From contig OZ024740.1 in the NCBI GenBank assembly GCA_964016885.1, forward strand, positions 313,286,001 to 313,350,000: 64,000 nt of DNA. Direction: 5' to 3'. The notes beneath the pieces are model-generated. The model was not told the DNA's origin, searched no databases, and was given only the letters and a program-made list of their open reading frames with translations. The translations under genes were made by a program, and so were the position numbers. This document shows, one piece after another, positions 38,411 through 50,885 of the stretch. Source of the stretch: Eledone cirrhosa (lineage: Eukaryota). Within the stretch, counting starts at the first letter, position 1. Each line of letters begins with the position of its first letter.

Positions 38411-40537
38411 TTCATTCTTTATTAACCACAAGGGTTTACATAAAGTAGAAATTAAGGACAGTACAGGACAATACAGGACGGTACAAATGGGCATTTCTGC
38501 GTGTAAAAAAAAACAAAAACAGAGGATGTAACAAAAAAATAACAATGAAAAATTCCCCAATAGTGGGGGGAGACTTCCGAGGGACATTTGTGGAGAAAGC
38601 CCATTAAAAGGCCACAGTGACCCTGACCACCAGGGCAAGTGCCCTCTCCCAGTTTTCCACCTTTAATTTACAGACACATACTCAGAGTAGGCCCATTCAC
38701 TCGGGCCATACTTGCTTCTCTCACCCATCTTTCAACAAAATGCTGGGAAGAGAGCATTTCCCTTTCTACCCTGATTTTCCTTTTCAAATGAAATTTGAAA
38801 AAGTTAATCTTGTTTAATTCTCTTTCTCCAGCACCAAACAAACTGTCCACAAAGATATGGTCAGGTCCGACAAACATATAGTCAAATTTTTCACACACAC
38901 GATCTTGGTTTCATTGTCAAAAGTCTGTAGGGAAGCTTAATAAATGTGGCATCACCGAAGAGGTAAGTGCTCGTCTTCAGCTCTTTCAAACGTGTCCACC
39001 ATACTATCTCTTTCGCCATCCCCACCAGACAGATAAAAATTGCCTGCCCTTCCCGGCTAAAGGAAGAGGGCGGGGCAATCCTCACGATGGACTCAGCTGA
39101 TAGCTGGATCCGTCCTACACGTGACAGCAGGTGTTCAACATAAACCCACAAGTCAGCAATGCTCGGACACTGGACGAGTGCGTGCAGGACGGTTTTGTCG
39201 CCCTGCGCGCATTTCAGACATGCCCGGCTGACGGCACCTCCATGCCTGTAGAGTTTATCCCGAACTGGCAAAGCTCCTCGGTAGCACTGCCAGGCCAGGG
39301 ATTTCTGGAAGTTGTCCATAGGCCCTGACCCGAAAGTTCTTCCGAAGAGATTGGCTAGTTGATTTTCGTTGATGCCTAGAGTTTCTCCATGTACGTCATC
39401 GCTCTTCCCCTCCACTAATCCTCTATAGAACGCCAAGGTGGAGTTTCCAGCGATTGTATTACTCGACTGGTCGAGGGCTGTAAGCTCCTGAAGACAGTCT
39501 AGTCTCCAAGCGCTTCCTCTCGGTTTTCGCTCGACCCAGGACTGCAGCTCCGCCAAGGAGACAAGCTGGAGAAACATGTGTCTAGCAAAGGACGATTTCA
39601 CCTGATCACCGTTGAGGAAGAGGTGGAGATACCGTAGCCTGAGCGCATGTCTGCGCATCATCAGCCACGGCATGCCCAGCCCTCCGTGTAGCGGGTGTTG
39701 ACAGCAGATGGACCGCCTGACCATCGGAGCATGTCCCTTCCACAAAAAGCGAAAGAGCAAACGCTCCAGTGCAGTCAGGCGAGGCTTAGGACAAGGCATG
39801 ACGGTCAGGCGGTAGTAGATGACGGACGCAATGTACGCATTCGCCACCTCCGCTCGACCTTTCAGGGATAGCTTCCTCTCGGCCCACTTCTGGGTGAGAG
39901 AAAACACCTTATCGTGACCGCCTCCCAGTTTTTGTCCGTCTGGAGGTCCTGACCGAACCAGACCCCTAGCAATTTAACTGGTCCATCTGTCCAGCGCCCG
40001 ACGACGCTGTTGGGCACCACAGACCTGCCTCTCCAGGTGCTGAGTTGCAAGCCTACTGATTTTTCCTGGTTGATCATTGCTCCTGTCACTACCTCATATT
40101 CTCTTAGTGTGGTGCCGATTGTCTCGATGTGTTTGGTGTTCGACACCACTACGGTGATGTCGTCTGCATAAGCTGACACTGTTCTTCCGCATCCTAGTTC
40201 ACGTGGGATCCCCCTCAATGTCTCCAGTTTGTGCAGTAATGGCTCAAGAGTCAATACGTACAACAAGGACGAGAGAGGACATCCCTGGCGGATCGAGCGC
40301 ATGATGTTGAACGGTTCTGAAAGGCGACCGTTCACTCTCACCACAGAGCAGATGTCGCTGTGCATGGCAGCAATCCAGCCTCTGAAGACAGGCCCAAAGC
40401 CAACTGCTTTTAGGACTGCTGCCAGTTAACGATGGTCGACCCTATCGAAAGCTTTTGACTGATCTAAATTGATCAAAGACCCACCCATGCCAGGTTCCCT
40501 AGCTACCTTCTCTACGATGTATCACATGAGGTGGAGG
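38411..40537 (-). mobile_element. Tx1 (L1-clade) LINE, 5'-truncated: RT + zf-RVT + 3' UTR with AATAAA and (ATT)n tail
   Basis: LDQSKAFDRVDH, SIRQGCPLS, AYADDIT, KLLGVWFG, GGLGMP, CLKC...HALVQCP; frameshift near 39900 and stops near 40425/40523. Confidence 0.92.
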
Positions 40538-41662
40538 GCGGGAATTCTGAAATGGAATGTTGCTGAACAAAAAGAAATGGATAGGAAGACTAGGAAACTA
40601 ATGACTATCTACAACATGTTTCACAAGAGGAGTGATGTTGATAGACTCTACTTAAAGAGATCTGAAGGTGAAAGAGGTCTTATCAGCATAGAGGACTATG
40701 TTCAGATAGAGAAAAACAGCCTCCATAAATATATGGCTGACAGTAGGGAACCAATGCTCAAAATTGTACTGAAGGAGAAGACAATAGACCAAGGGATGTT
40801 CAAGGAGGAAATAACAAGAAGAAAGAGCAACCTTCATGAAAAATCCCTTCATTGCACCTTCTTTAAGAAAACGGAATTTAGAGATCCACAGACATGGAAC
40901 TGGTTAAAAAGAGGAGACCTTAAAAAAGCTACAGAAGGAATGCTAATGGCTGCGCAAGAGCAAGCCCTCAGAACGAAGTGGGTGAAACACCATATTGACA
41001 AGGAGGAAGCTAGCTCACTGTGTAGAATCTGTGGAGAGAGAGAGGAGACTGTGGCTCACATTGTATCCGAGTGTAAACACCTAGCCCAGACTCACTATAA
41101 AGGCTGGAGACATGATATGATAGGTAGGGTGACCACTGGCATCTATGCAAACTAAACAATTTACCACATTCTGAGAAGTGGTATGAGCATAAACCAGAGT
41201 CGGTGATAGAAAACGATCAGGTGAAGGTGCTATGGGATTTTAGGATACAGACGGACAAGAAATTAGAACACTATAGGCCTGACCTGGTTGTTTTGGACAA
41301 GGAAAAAAGATTGTGCCTGCCCATTTGACAGAGTACAAGAAAAGGAGAGGGAGAAAATTAACCGATACCAGGATTTAAAGTTGGAGTTAAAAAGGATTTG
41401 GAACTGCCATGAGATCAAGGTCATCCCGTTTGTCATAGGTGCATTAGGTACTATCTCAAGGAGTTTCCAAGGATGGTTAAAGAAGATTAGTCCAGCCCCG
41501 CTTTTTGGAACACTTCAAAAGGTATGCTTGCTGGGAACAGCAAGAACCCTCTGATACGTCCTGAATGTCTGAGGCTTCAAGTAGTGGCTTGATATTCATT
41601 TCAACAAACTTTCCAGTTAAATAACATCAATGACTGAGATTCAAAGAACAATAATAATAATA
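40538..41662 (+). mobile_element. R4/Dong-clade LINE, 5'-truncated, (AAT)n tail
   Basis: MDRKTRKLM, DVDRLYLKRSEGERGL, LMAAQEQAL, CRICGEREETVAHIVSEC, WDFRIQTD, PFVIGALG. Confidence 0.93.
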
Positions 41663-42014
41663 ATCTATCTCTCTATCTATATATTACTAAAATCCTGTGA
41701 TTGCTTGCCTGCTTGTCTGTAATGTAATACAGCCAAAAGGGTGCATAATATGAAAATACTTTGAAAGGAAGTTGACCTTGAAATGGAAATACAAATAGAA
41801 TAAAACAAGTTTTGCGTAAATCGAAGCACGGGTTCCCGAGATATGGGGTTTTCTGGGTACCTTCATAAACACAGAGAGAGAGAAGGATAGAGAGAAAGAG
41901 ATAGTGGTTGTGAGAGAGTAGATTGAAAGAGAGACTAAAGAGAGAGAGAGAGAGAGAGAGGAGGGAAAAGGAGACAGAGAAGGAGAATGGAAGAGAGAGC
42001 TGGTGGTGTTGTTG

Positions 42015-42045
<31 letters not shown>

Positions 42046-42299
42046 GTGTGTGTGTATATGTGTGTGTTTCTCTATGACCAGTGTATATAGATCACAGACA
42101 CCCACATATATATATACACATACAGATACATATATATATATACATACACACACGTATATATATGGGCCTTCCAGTTTCATTTCACATTACATACATGTCT
42201 GTGTATATTCTAATTATTTTGAAATTAATTTTTAAGTGAACATGATTTAAAAATAATATTTTGAAGGGAATGTGACCTGACGGGTCACAGGTGGGCTAA
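41663..42299 (+). mobile_element. Possible non-autonomous Helitron(s) with internal microsatellites
   Basis: 5' 'tctatatattactaaaa...gcttgtctgt'; 3' hairpin tgtgacc-tgacg-ggtcaca a few bases before CTAA|T; sits in an (AAT)n tract. Confidence 0.4.
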
Positions 42300-42314
42300 T
42301 ATAATAATAATAAT

Positions 42315-44938
42315 GATGATTTCTACTATAGACACAAGGCCAGCAATTTTGGGGTGTGGTAAGCCGATTAAATCAACCCCAGTGTGTTACTGGTATTTTA
42401 TTTTATCAACCCTGTAACAATGAAAGGCAATTCACCACCCTAATAATAATAATAATAATAATAATGATTTCTACAATGGGCACAAGGTCAGTAATTTGGG
42501 GGGGGGGGGAAGGGGGAAAGTCGAATAAATCGACTCCAGTGCATTACTGGTACTTTATTTTATCAACCCCGTAAGGATGAAAGGCAAAGTTAACCTCGGC
42601 GGGATTTGAACTGAGAATGGCAAGGGCCGTAACTCGATGCGTCAAAGCATGGCGTCCGACCCTCTACCGATACTGCCAATCCACCATCATAACAATAATA
42701 ATGATAATAATAATTGTTTCTACTTTAGGCACAAGGCCAGCAAATACCCAGTACATTACTGGTACTTTATTTTATCGACCCCGTAAGGATGAAAGGCAAA
42801 GTTATGATAATAATAATAAAAGATCTGCTTATTGAAATTGAGAAAATGTGGCACCTCAAGGCCGTTACAATACCAGTGATTGTGGGAGGACTGGGAATGA
42901 TCAAGAAAGGAACAGAACAATATTTGCGAATGATTCCTGGATTACCCTCTCTGCACGAGATGCAAAACATTGTTTTGACTGGTACTGCACACGTATTGAG
43001 AAGAGCACTATCTCTGTAAGATTGATATCCCTCCTTGTATTTACATATGCATATGCACATGTGTATATATGTATACTGTTTTTTTTTCTTTTAATTATAA
43101 TCAATGTGCTGTATTAACTGGCTTACCAGTGCACACTGAATTTATTTGCCCTAGGTGTCAGGAAGACACTTGGCATATATCTCAGAAACAATAATGAAAG
43201 CAAATAAAAATGATAATAATAATAATGGTTTCTTATATAGGCACAAGGCCAGCAATTTTGGGGGACGGGAAAATCAATTAAATCGACCCCAGTTCATGAC
43301 TGGTACTTTATTTTATCGACCCCGTAAAGATGAAAGGCAAAGTTAACCTCGGCGGGATTTGAACTCAATAATAATAATAAATAATTGTTTCTACTTTAGG
43401 CACAAGGCCAGCAATTATCCCAGTGTATTACTGGTACTTTATTTTAACGACCCTGTAAGGATGAAAGGCAAAGTTAACCTCGGTGAGATTTGAACTCAGA
43501 CCATAAAGGGCCATAACTCTTTGCTGCAAAGCAAGGCGTCAGACCCCCTACCGATACTGCCAATCCACCGCCCTTAATAATAATAATAAATAATTGTTTC
43601 TACTTTTGGCACAAGGCCAGCAATTATCCCAGTGTATTACTGGTACTTTATTTTAACGACCCCGTAAGGATGAAAAGCAAAGTTAACCTCAGCGGGATTT
43701 GAACTCATAATAGAAAAGGCCGTAACTCTTTACGTCAAAGCATGGCGTCCGACCCTCTACCAATACTGCCAATCCACCAATAAATAATGAAAGCAGAAAC
43801 AATACCTATAATGATAGGTGCTCTAGGAATGATAAAAAAACACACAGACAAATGTATAGGTAAGACCCCAGGACTTACAAATATACACAGCATACAAAAG
43901 ATAGCACTACTAGGCACTGTGCACATATTACGAAAAGTACTATTAATACAATAGAAACAACATCAGCAAAAACTACAGTGCTCATCTCATACCCACGGCA
44001 CACAGAGTTGTGCTCAATAAAGCAGTAATGATGTGCAATAAAAATAATAATGGAAATAATTGTTTCTACTTTAGGCACAAGGCCAGCAATCACCCAGTGC
44101 ATTACTGGTACTTTATTTTATCGACCCCGTAAGGATGAAAGGCAAAGTCAACCTCGGCGGGATTTGAACTCAGATCGTAAAGGGACGTAACTATACTGGA
44201 AAGCATGGCGTCCGACCCTCTACCGATACTGCCAATCCACCGCCCCTTTGGAAATAATAATAATTGTTTCTACTTTAGGCACAAGGCCAGCAATTTGAAG
44301 GGATGGGGAAAGTTGATTAAATCGACCCCAGTGCGTTACTGGTGTTTTATTTTATCGACCCCCGTAAGGATGAGAGGCAAAGCTAACCTTGGTAAGATTT
44401 GAACTTAGAATATAAAGGGCCATAACTACATACCACAAAGCAGGGTGTCTGACTCTCTACTGATACCGAGCAGTAAAGTTTGCAGATACTTAGTAATAAA
44501 GTTTGCAGGGTTGGACAAACACATAGCAGTATTTGTTGAGGCTCTTTATGTTCTGAGTTCAAATCCCCTTTGAGGTTAGCTTTGCTTTTCACCCTTACAG
44601 GGTCGATAAAATAAAGTACCAGTAATGTAATGGAGTTGATTTAATTGACTTTCCCCAACCCCCAAATATCTGGCCTTGCGCCTAAATTTGAAACCATTAT
44701 TATTATTATTGTCATTAGGGCGGTGGATGGCAGTATTGTTACAGTATCAGACATCATGCTTAGCTGCACAGAGTTACGGCCCTTTACGTTCTTAGTTAAA
44801 ATCCCACTGTTGTTAACTTTGCCTTTCATCGTTACAGGGTCAATAAAATAAAGTACCAGTCACGCTCTGGGGTCGATTTAATTGATTTTCCCCTCCTCCC
44901 AAATTGCTGGCCTTGTGCCTATATAAGAAACAATTATT
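42315..44938. mobile_element. Array of ~10 family-1 SINEs (mostly minus, last two plus) separated by (TAA)n, with two R4/Dong 3' fragments
   Basis: Repeated 'ttctactttaggcacaaggccagcaat...ggatgaaaggcaaag'; Dong ends at ~42820-43190 (IPVIVGGLG...LTGTAHVLRRALS) and ~43790-44045. Confidence 0.88.
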
Positions 44939-45164
44939 ATATATGTCAACAATAAAGAAGTCTTTATTATATCTGCCAATTTGTGTCAGCAAACTAATAA
45001 AAATTTGTCCCTACCTTTAAGTAATTTAAAATGAAAAGCATGTGTTGCTCTATATAACATCATCAATAGGAACTTTCATCAGTGTCACTGCTAACATAAG
45101 TGAACTCTACTAGCTTCTGATATATATTTACAACTAGGTATACTTTTGAGTTTTAAAAACACCT

Positions 45165-45380
45165 TTAACCCTTACCATTTACATTGCTCTATATTTACTA
45201 TTATATTTTCATGGTAAAGGCTTTACCTCACATAATTATTTCACATAATATCGAATCTATGAGATTTTGATATTATTTATTATGAGAACAATACATTAAC
45301 ATCAGTATGAGCAGCCAGTTACAGCCGGTTTGCACAGGAAGAGGTGAGAGAATTCTGGCCTTATATGGCCGGTTTAAAAG
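45165..45380 (-). mobile_element. piggyBac-type MITE copy
   Basis: Reverse complement of 4972-5186, begins TTAA-ccctt. Confidence 0.7.
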
Positions 45381-45499
45381 CAATCAGATTAGATCAGGTC
45401 TGTAGAAAACTGGATCTGGAATTGCTATGCTGCAGTTATGTGTGTTGTCCTCATTAGTCCTTTAGTCTTAAAGATCGTGAACACAACCCTACCTCCTCT

Positions 45500-45780
45500 T
45501 ACTAAAAGTCTGTCTCAAGCCTGGAAGCTCATCAGGCTGGTGCTTAACCCAGTTTCCATTGCGTGAAGTAACTGGTAGTACAGGACTCTCCGCTGGACAG
45601 GACACCAGTTCATCACAGCGTTAAACCCCCTCCAGCTACTCATTTTTAGCTGAATATATTGGAACAATGTGGAATGTAGCATTTTGTTCAAGAACACAAC
45701 ACACAACCCAGTCCAAGAATCGAACCCACGACATTATGATCCTAAATCCAACACCCTTACCACTAGGCCACATGCTTCCT
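45500..45780 (-). mobile_element. Family-2 tRNA SINE
   Basis: Reverse complement of 31240-31520. Confidence 0.8.
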
Positions 45781-46687
45781 CTAACTAAGCTATAGGAAAA
45801 CTAAGTTCCTTAGGCACAGATGTAATGTATTATCAGAGATAATAATCTCACTACTGATTGTTGTTGCAGTTGTTGATCAAGCAATCTTATGAACAAAGGA
45901 TTCCAACAGTGACTCTTCTCATTTCAAGCATAAAACTACCTTAGAGTACATGTTTACCTCAGCTTACATCCTTTCAAGTATCGTCATTTTTTTCTTATTA
46001 TTATATACCAACAATATTAAACCATAAAAAACATTAAAAAAACAACAAACAATAAAAATATATAAAATCATATTTAAATAAATGCTAAAATATATAGCAT
46101 AAAGTAATGTATTATTTTCTTCTTCTTCGCCTCCTCCTTTATTTTTTTATCCTGGAGAGATGAAAAGCAAAGTTTACTCCAGCAGAGCTAGAACAATTAC
46201 AGCAAGGTATTTGTCCAATGTTGTAACAGTTCTGCCAGTCAATCATTTTAGTCAATGATATAACTAAAACTAAATGACTGTAGAGATACCCAATCTTGAC
46301 AATGGGCAATAACCCTGAAACAAGTGTCAATTATTTCTCTTTGGGGATGATCATCTAAATCACATAGCGTTATGAGGCTGTTTGCTTGCAAATGAATAAA
46401 ATATTATTCAATATAAAACTCACGAATGCGTAAATGACTGTAATTTTTTTATTGTTACTAAATTCTATAATTGTATTTAATTATGTCCTATGAATAACTT
46501 TGGTATGTGACTTTATGACCATCCTATATATCTACTTTTCATTTGCTTCTTAACATTTATAGAAATTCTTAGGAAGTTGTATAGTTTAAGGAAGACATTT
46601 TTGTAGTGGATGTCGTTACAATTGATTGCCTTGTTTTATAATCCACTTATCCCTTCTCAGCTCTTATACATACATATATACATATAT

Positions 46688-46750
<63 letters not shown>

Positions 46751-46755
<5 letters not shown>

Positions 46756-46893
46756 AAGTGAAATGATAGGAGGCCAAATATGTTGAATTTCCTTAATTTT
46801 TTATTACTGTAAACACTATGCACATTTCAGTGGCTAGGTTGCGTAAGAACCCGGTGATCAACATATTTGGCCTCCTGTCATTTCACTTTATAA
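46751..46893. repeat. Fold-back element (~35-bp arms) in a (TA)n context
   Basis: 'ataaagtgaaatgataggaggccaaatatgttga' / 'tcaacatatttggcctcctgtcatttcactttat'. Confidence 0.85.
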
Positions 46894-47054
46894 TAAATTT
46901 ACTCTGTTCCTCATTATCAACATGATTCAACATTGAAGATGGATGAGTTGCATAATGTTGAGTGCTTTTCTCATATTACGTCATGATTAACATTGCAGAA
47001 TGACCAATTCTACCCAGTGGTAAACCACCAAGTTTAAAAGTATATATATATATA

Positions 47055-47967
47055 CATGGTGCGAACGATATTTGTTCGCAAGAAAAAATAACACAGTAGG
47101 AATAACACAGTCTAGGAAAAAATAACACAGTAGTTTTATTTTTTAAGATATATTTATCAAACTTGGGTCAGTTTGTCTTCATGACTTGTTCTTTCGATCT
47201 CACTTGATAAACCCGCCATTGGCTTTGATGACGGCCTCAAGGCGGCCTCGTAACTGGCTACAGGCCTTCGTCACTGTCCCCCGACTTAGGCCCCTAAAAG
47301 CACTTGTGATCCTGGCCTTCAGATCGTCTTTCGTATTGCAGCTAGATCTGTTGGTGTCTTGTTCCACTGCGCCCTACACAAAGAAGTTGAGGGGGTTGCA
47401 GTCAGGCGACCTGGGAGGCCAGATGTCAGGTGAAGTGTGGTTGACGAAGTTCTTTGAGAGCCAGGCTTGGGTCTTTCGGTTGGTATGGCAGGGCGCTGAG
47501 TCTTGCTGCCACATGTACGGCTTACCTGCAGCTACCTGGTTGATCCAGGGCTTTACTACCTCGCTCAGAACGCGGATGTAGCCATCGGTGTTCAGCTTGA
47601 GGCCCTCAGGGAAGAAGTGAGGTGGCATGACATCACCTTGACTGCTGACGACACCTAAGACCAATGTTGTCGCTGGAAACTTTGTCTGCATGACTCTGGG
47701 AACGTCTTTGGATGAGACAGCGAGCCACCTGTTGTTCTGGGAGTTGATCTTCTGGTCTTATTTGTCCTCCCGGCACGGATTCCAAGAAGAACTCTGTGTC
47801 TCTTCCACAAATTTGGAGGTTCAAAATTATTCATAATCAATTATTCTGAAAATAAATAATGGAAATATAGTCATTGTTTTTATGAAGACAAGAGTGACAA
47901 TGGAAGTAAAATAAATTTGCATAAAATTAGCACTTGAAAATTGCGAACAAATATTGTCCACACCCTG
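47055..47967 (-). mobile_element. Tc1/mariner DD37D (maT) transposon, internally deleted
   Basis: 27-bp imperfect TIRs (catggtgcgaacgatatttgttcgcaa / ttgcgaacaaatattgtccacaccctg), TA flanks; WQQDSAPCH...WPPRSPDCNPLN with 37 residues between D2 and the D3 position (now N). Confidence 0.9.
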
Positions 47968-47979
47968 TATATATATATA

Positions 47980-49700
47980 TCATCATCATCATCATCATCA
48001 CCGTTTTACGTCCGTTCTTCCACGCTAGCATGGGTTAGACGGGTTGTCCTGTTGTGGGCAGTGTCTGGTCGGCTGACCATGCCTTGCTCATACAGGAACT
48101 GATCTGGCTTGATTTCTACAGCTGGATGCCCTTCCTAACACCAACCTCATTTACAGTGAGTGCTGGGTGCTTTTTCGTGGCGCCTACACGTCCACTTTAC
48201 AGTGTGGGCTGGGTGCTTTTTTGCCGTGGCACCTCCACGACCACCTTGCGGTGGGGGGTATGGGGGCATATTGTTTATATGCTCCAGCTTGTACTCATGG
48301 GAGGTCGGGTACTCTGTATTACTGCGTGACGCCAGAAGTCACGGTTGTGTGTCATTGTCTTTGAGAGGTGTAATTGGGTAAGGTCGGCTTTTATCACCTC
48401 ATCCCAGGTCATCTTGGGTCTCCCCACTCCGCGGTTTCCATCAACTTCTAGTGCTCTGCACCTTTTTATGCAGCTGTCATCCTTCATACGCATCACATGT
48501 CCATACCAGCACAACTGCCTCTCCTGCACACAGCATTTGATTCCTCTTATGCTCAGTCTCTCTCTCAATTCATTTATGCTTTGTCGTTCACGTATATTAC
48601 TGTTACACATCCATCGGAGCATGCAGGCTTCGTTTCTCTCTAATCTACGTAAGTCTTCCACCTTCAGCGCCCAGGTCTCACTACCATGCAACATTGCTGT
48701 TCGGATACACGTATCATACAGTCTGCCTTTCATTCTGAGGGAGAAGCCTTTTGCAGCTAGCAGTGGTAGTAGTTCCCTAAACTTCTTCCATCCCGTTCTT
48801 ACCCTAGTTATTGTACTTTCTGAACACCCACCTCCGTTACTAATTCGGTCACCTAGGTAGCAGAAGCTGTCTACTGTTTCTACAGGGCCCTCCCAGAGAT
48901 TGGTGGTACTTGTTTCCTGTGGCTGTTTGCTGCTTGCTGTTTCAGCACAGCTGCTGCATGTGAATCCTACATTCTTAATTAAGCTTCCTGAGATCCCGCT
49001 ACATCTCTTGTGTACCCATTGTTTGCATTTGGGGCAGAGAATGGAGTTCCTACCTACACTTTTCCTACATACTGAGCAAGGCCATTTCCCTGAAGGGATC
49101 TGGGTTCTGTTTTCTCGTCTACTTACAAGGACCTTAGTCTTTGTCATGTTGACTTTGAGACCCTTTCTTTCTAGTCCCTGCTTCCAGGTTTGGAATTTAT
49201 TCTCTAGTTCTACCATAGATTCAGCTATAAGTGCGAGGTCATCAGCATACAGGAGTTCCCATGGGCATCCGGTCTTAAACTCCTCCGTTATTGCCTGCAG
49301 GACTATGATGAACAGGAGAGGGCTAAGAACAGAGCCCTGGTGGACCCCAACCTGTACGCTAAATTCCTCGCTATACTCATTGCTAATCCTAACTTTGCTG
49401 ACTGCTCCCCTATACATGGCTTGTACCGCTTTCACAAGCCATTCATCTACTCCTAGTTTTCTAAGAGCCTACCAGATTACAGCACGTGGAACTCTGTCAA
49501 AGGCTTTCTCAAGGTCGACAAATGCCAAGTAGAGTGGCTTACTTTTAGCTAGGTACTTTTCCTTAATTGCCTCACAAGGAAGAGGGCATCAGTGGTGCCT
49601 CTTCCTGGTACAAACCCAAATTGCATCTCGTCTATTTTCACCCGGTCCCTAATCAGCTGTGCTATAACTCTTTCTGTTACTTTCATGACCTGGTCCATCA

Positions 49701-49705
<5 letters not shown>
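47980..49705 (-). mobile_element. RTE LINE, 5'-truncated, RT domain with PHD-like Cys insert, (GAT)n tail
   Basis: QFGFVPGRGTTDA, GVHQGSVLSPLLF, LYADDL, CSVC...CPKCKQWVHKRC, FCYLGD, WYGHVMR, GRPKMTW; both ends abut (TA)n. Confidence 0.95.
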
Positions 49706-49783
<78 letters not shown>

Positions 49784-49869
49784 TTCTTCCCCTTTCCTCT
49801 GTTGTGCTCTTCCAAATCTCATATCTGTTCAATTACAACTAATTTCTTTAAAGTGATGGTTTATCTTAC

Positions 49870-50222
49870 CTCTGAGCTCTCTGTGTACATCTGACCTCTG
49901 TAGGTACATCTGACCTCTGTAGGTACATATGACCTCCCTGTGTACATCTGACCTCTGTAGGTACATCTGAGCTCTCTGTATACATCATACCTCTGTAGGT
50001 ACCTCTGAGATATCTGTGTACATCTGAGCACTGTATGTACAACTGAGTTCTCTGTGTACATTTGACCTCTGTAGGTACATCTGACCTCTGCTGGTACATC
50101 TGACCTCTGTAGGTACATTTGACCTCTGTAGGTACATCTGACCTCTGCTGGTACATCTGACCTCTGTAGGTACATTGGACCTCTGTAGGTACATCTGACT
50201 TCTGTTGGTACATCTGACCTCT
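49870..50222. repeat. 19-bp minisatellite (gtacatctgacctctgtag), ~18 units
   Basis: Directly visible. Confidence 0.95.
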
Positions 50223-50499
50223 GGGAAAATTATTTAAAAATTATATTTTCATTACATAACATTGCCCAGTCTGTTGATCTTTCTGAAAAATTATTTTTGT
50301 TATTCAATGATTGATATTTAGATATAATGGCTGTGCCCCAGTATGGCCTCAGTTGTTCGGCTGGAACATGTAATAGAGTAATAAAGAATATATAATTTGT
50401 TGTTTAGTCTCTGATCCTCTTTGGCTGAGTCAACCAATGACTAAAGGAATTCTAGTTGTGATCATCTTGTCTTTTATTCAGTATGTAGCTGGGTAAATT

Positions 50500-50885
50500 G
50501 GTAGGTAGGTAGATATGTATGTATGCATGTATGTATGTATGCATGTATGTATGTATGTATGTATGTATGTATGTATGTATGTATGTATGTATGTATGTAT
50601 GTATGTATTTATGTATGTATGTATGTGTGTGTATGTATGTAGGTAGGTAGATAAGAAGGTAGGTAGATAGGTAGATAGGAAGGTAAGTATGTAGGTGGGT
50701 TGGTAGGTAGAGTGATAGATAGGTAGGTAGGTCGATAGGCAGATAGATAGATAGGTGGGTAGATAGGCAGGTAGGTTGATAGGCAGGTAGATAGATAGGT
50801 AGGTAGGTGATAGATGGGTAGATGGATAGGTAGATAGGTATGTAGGTTGATAGGCAGGTATATAGATAGATACATAGATAGGTTG
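50500..50885. repeat. (TATG)n / (TAGG/TAGA)n tetranucleotide repeats
   Basis: Directly visible. Confidence 0.95.

Noticed and set aside
40469-41155. 228-aa ORF as a novel fusion gene
   Set aside because: The N-terminus is antisense Tx1 read-through into an R4/Dong fragment that is frameshifted downstream.
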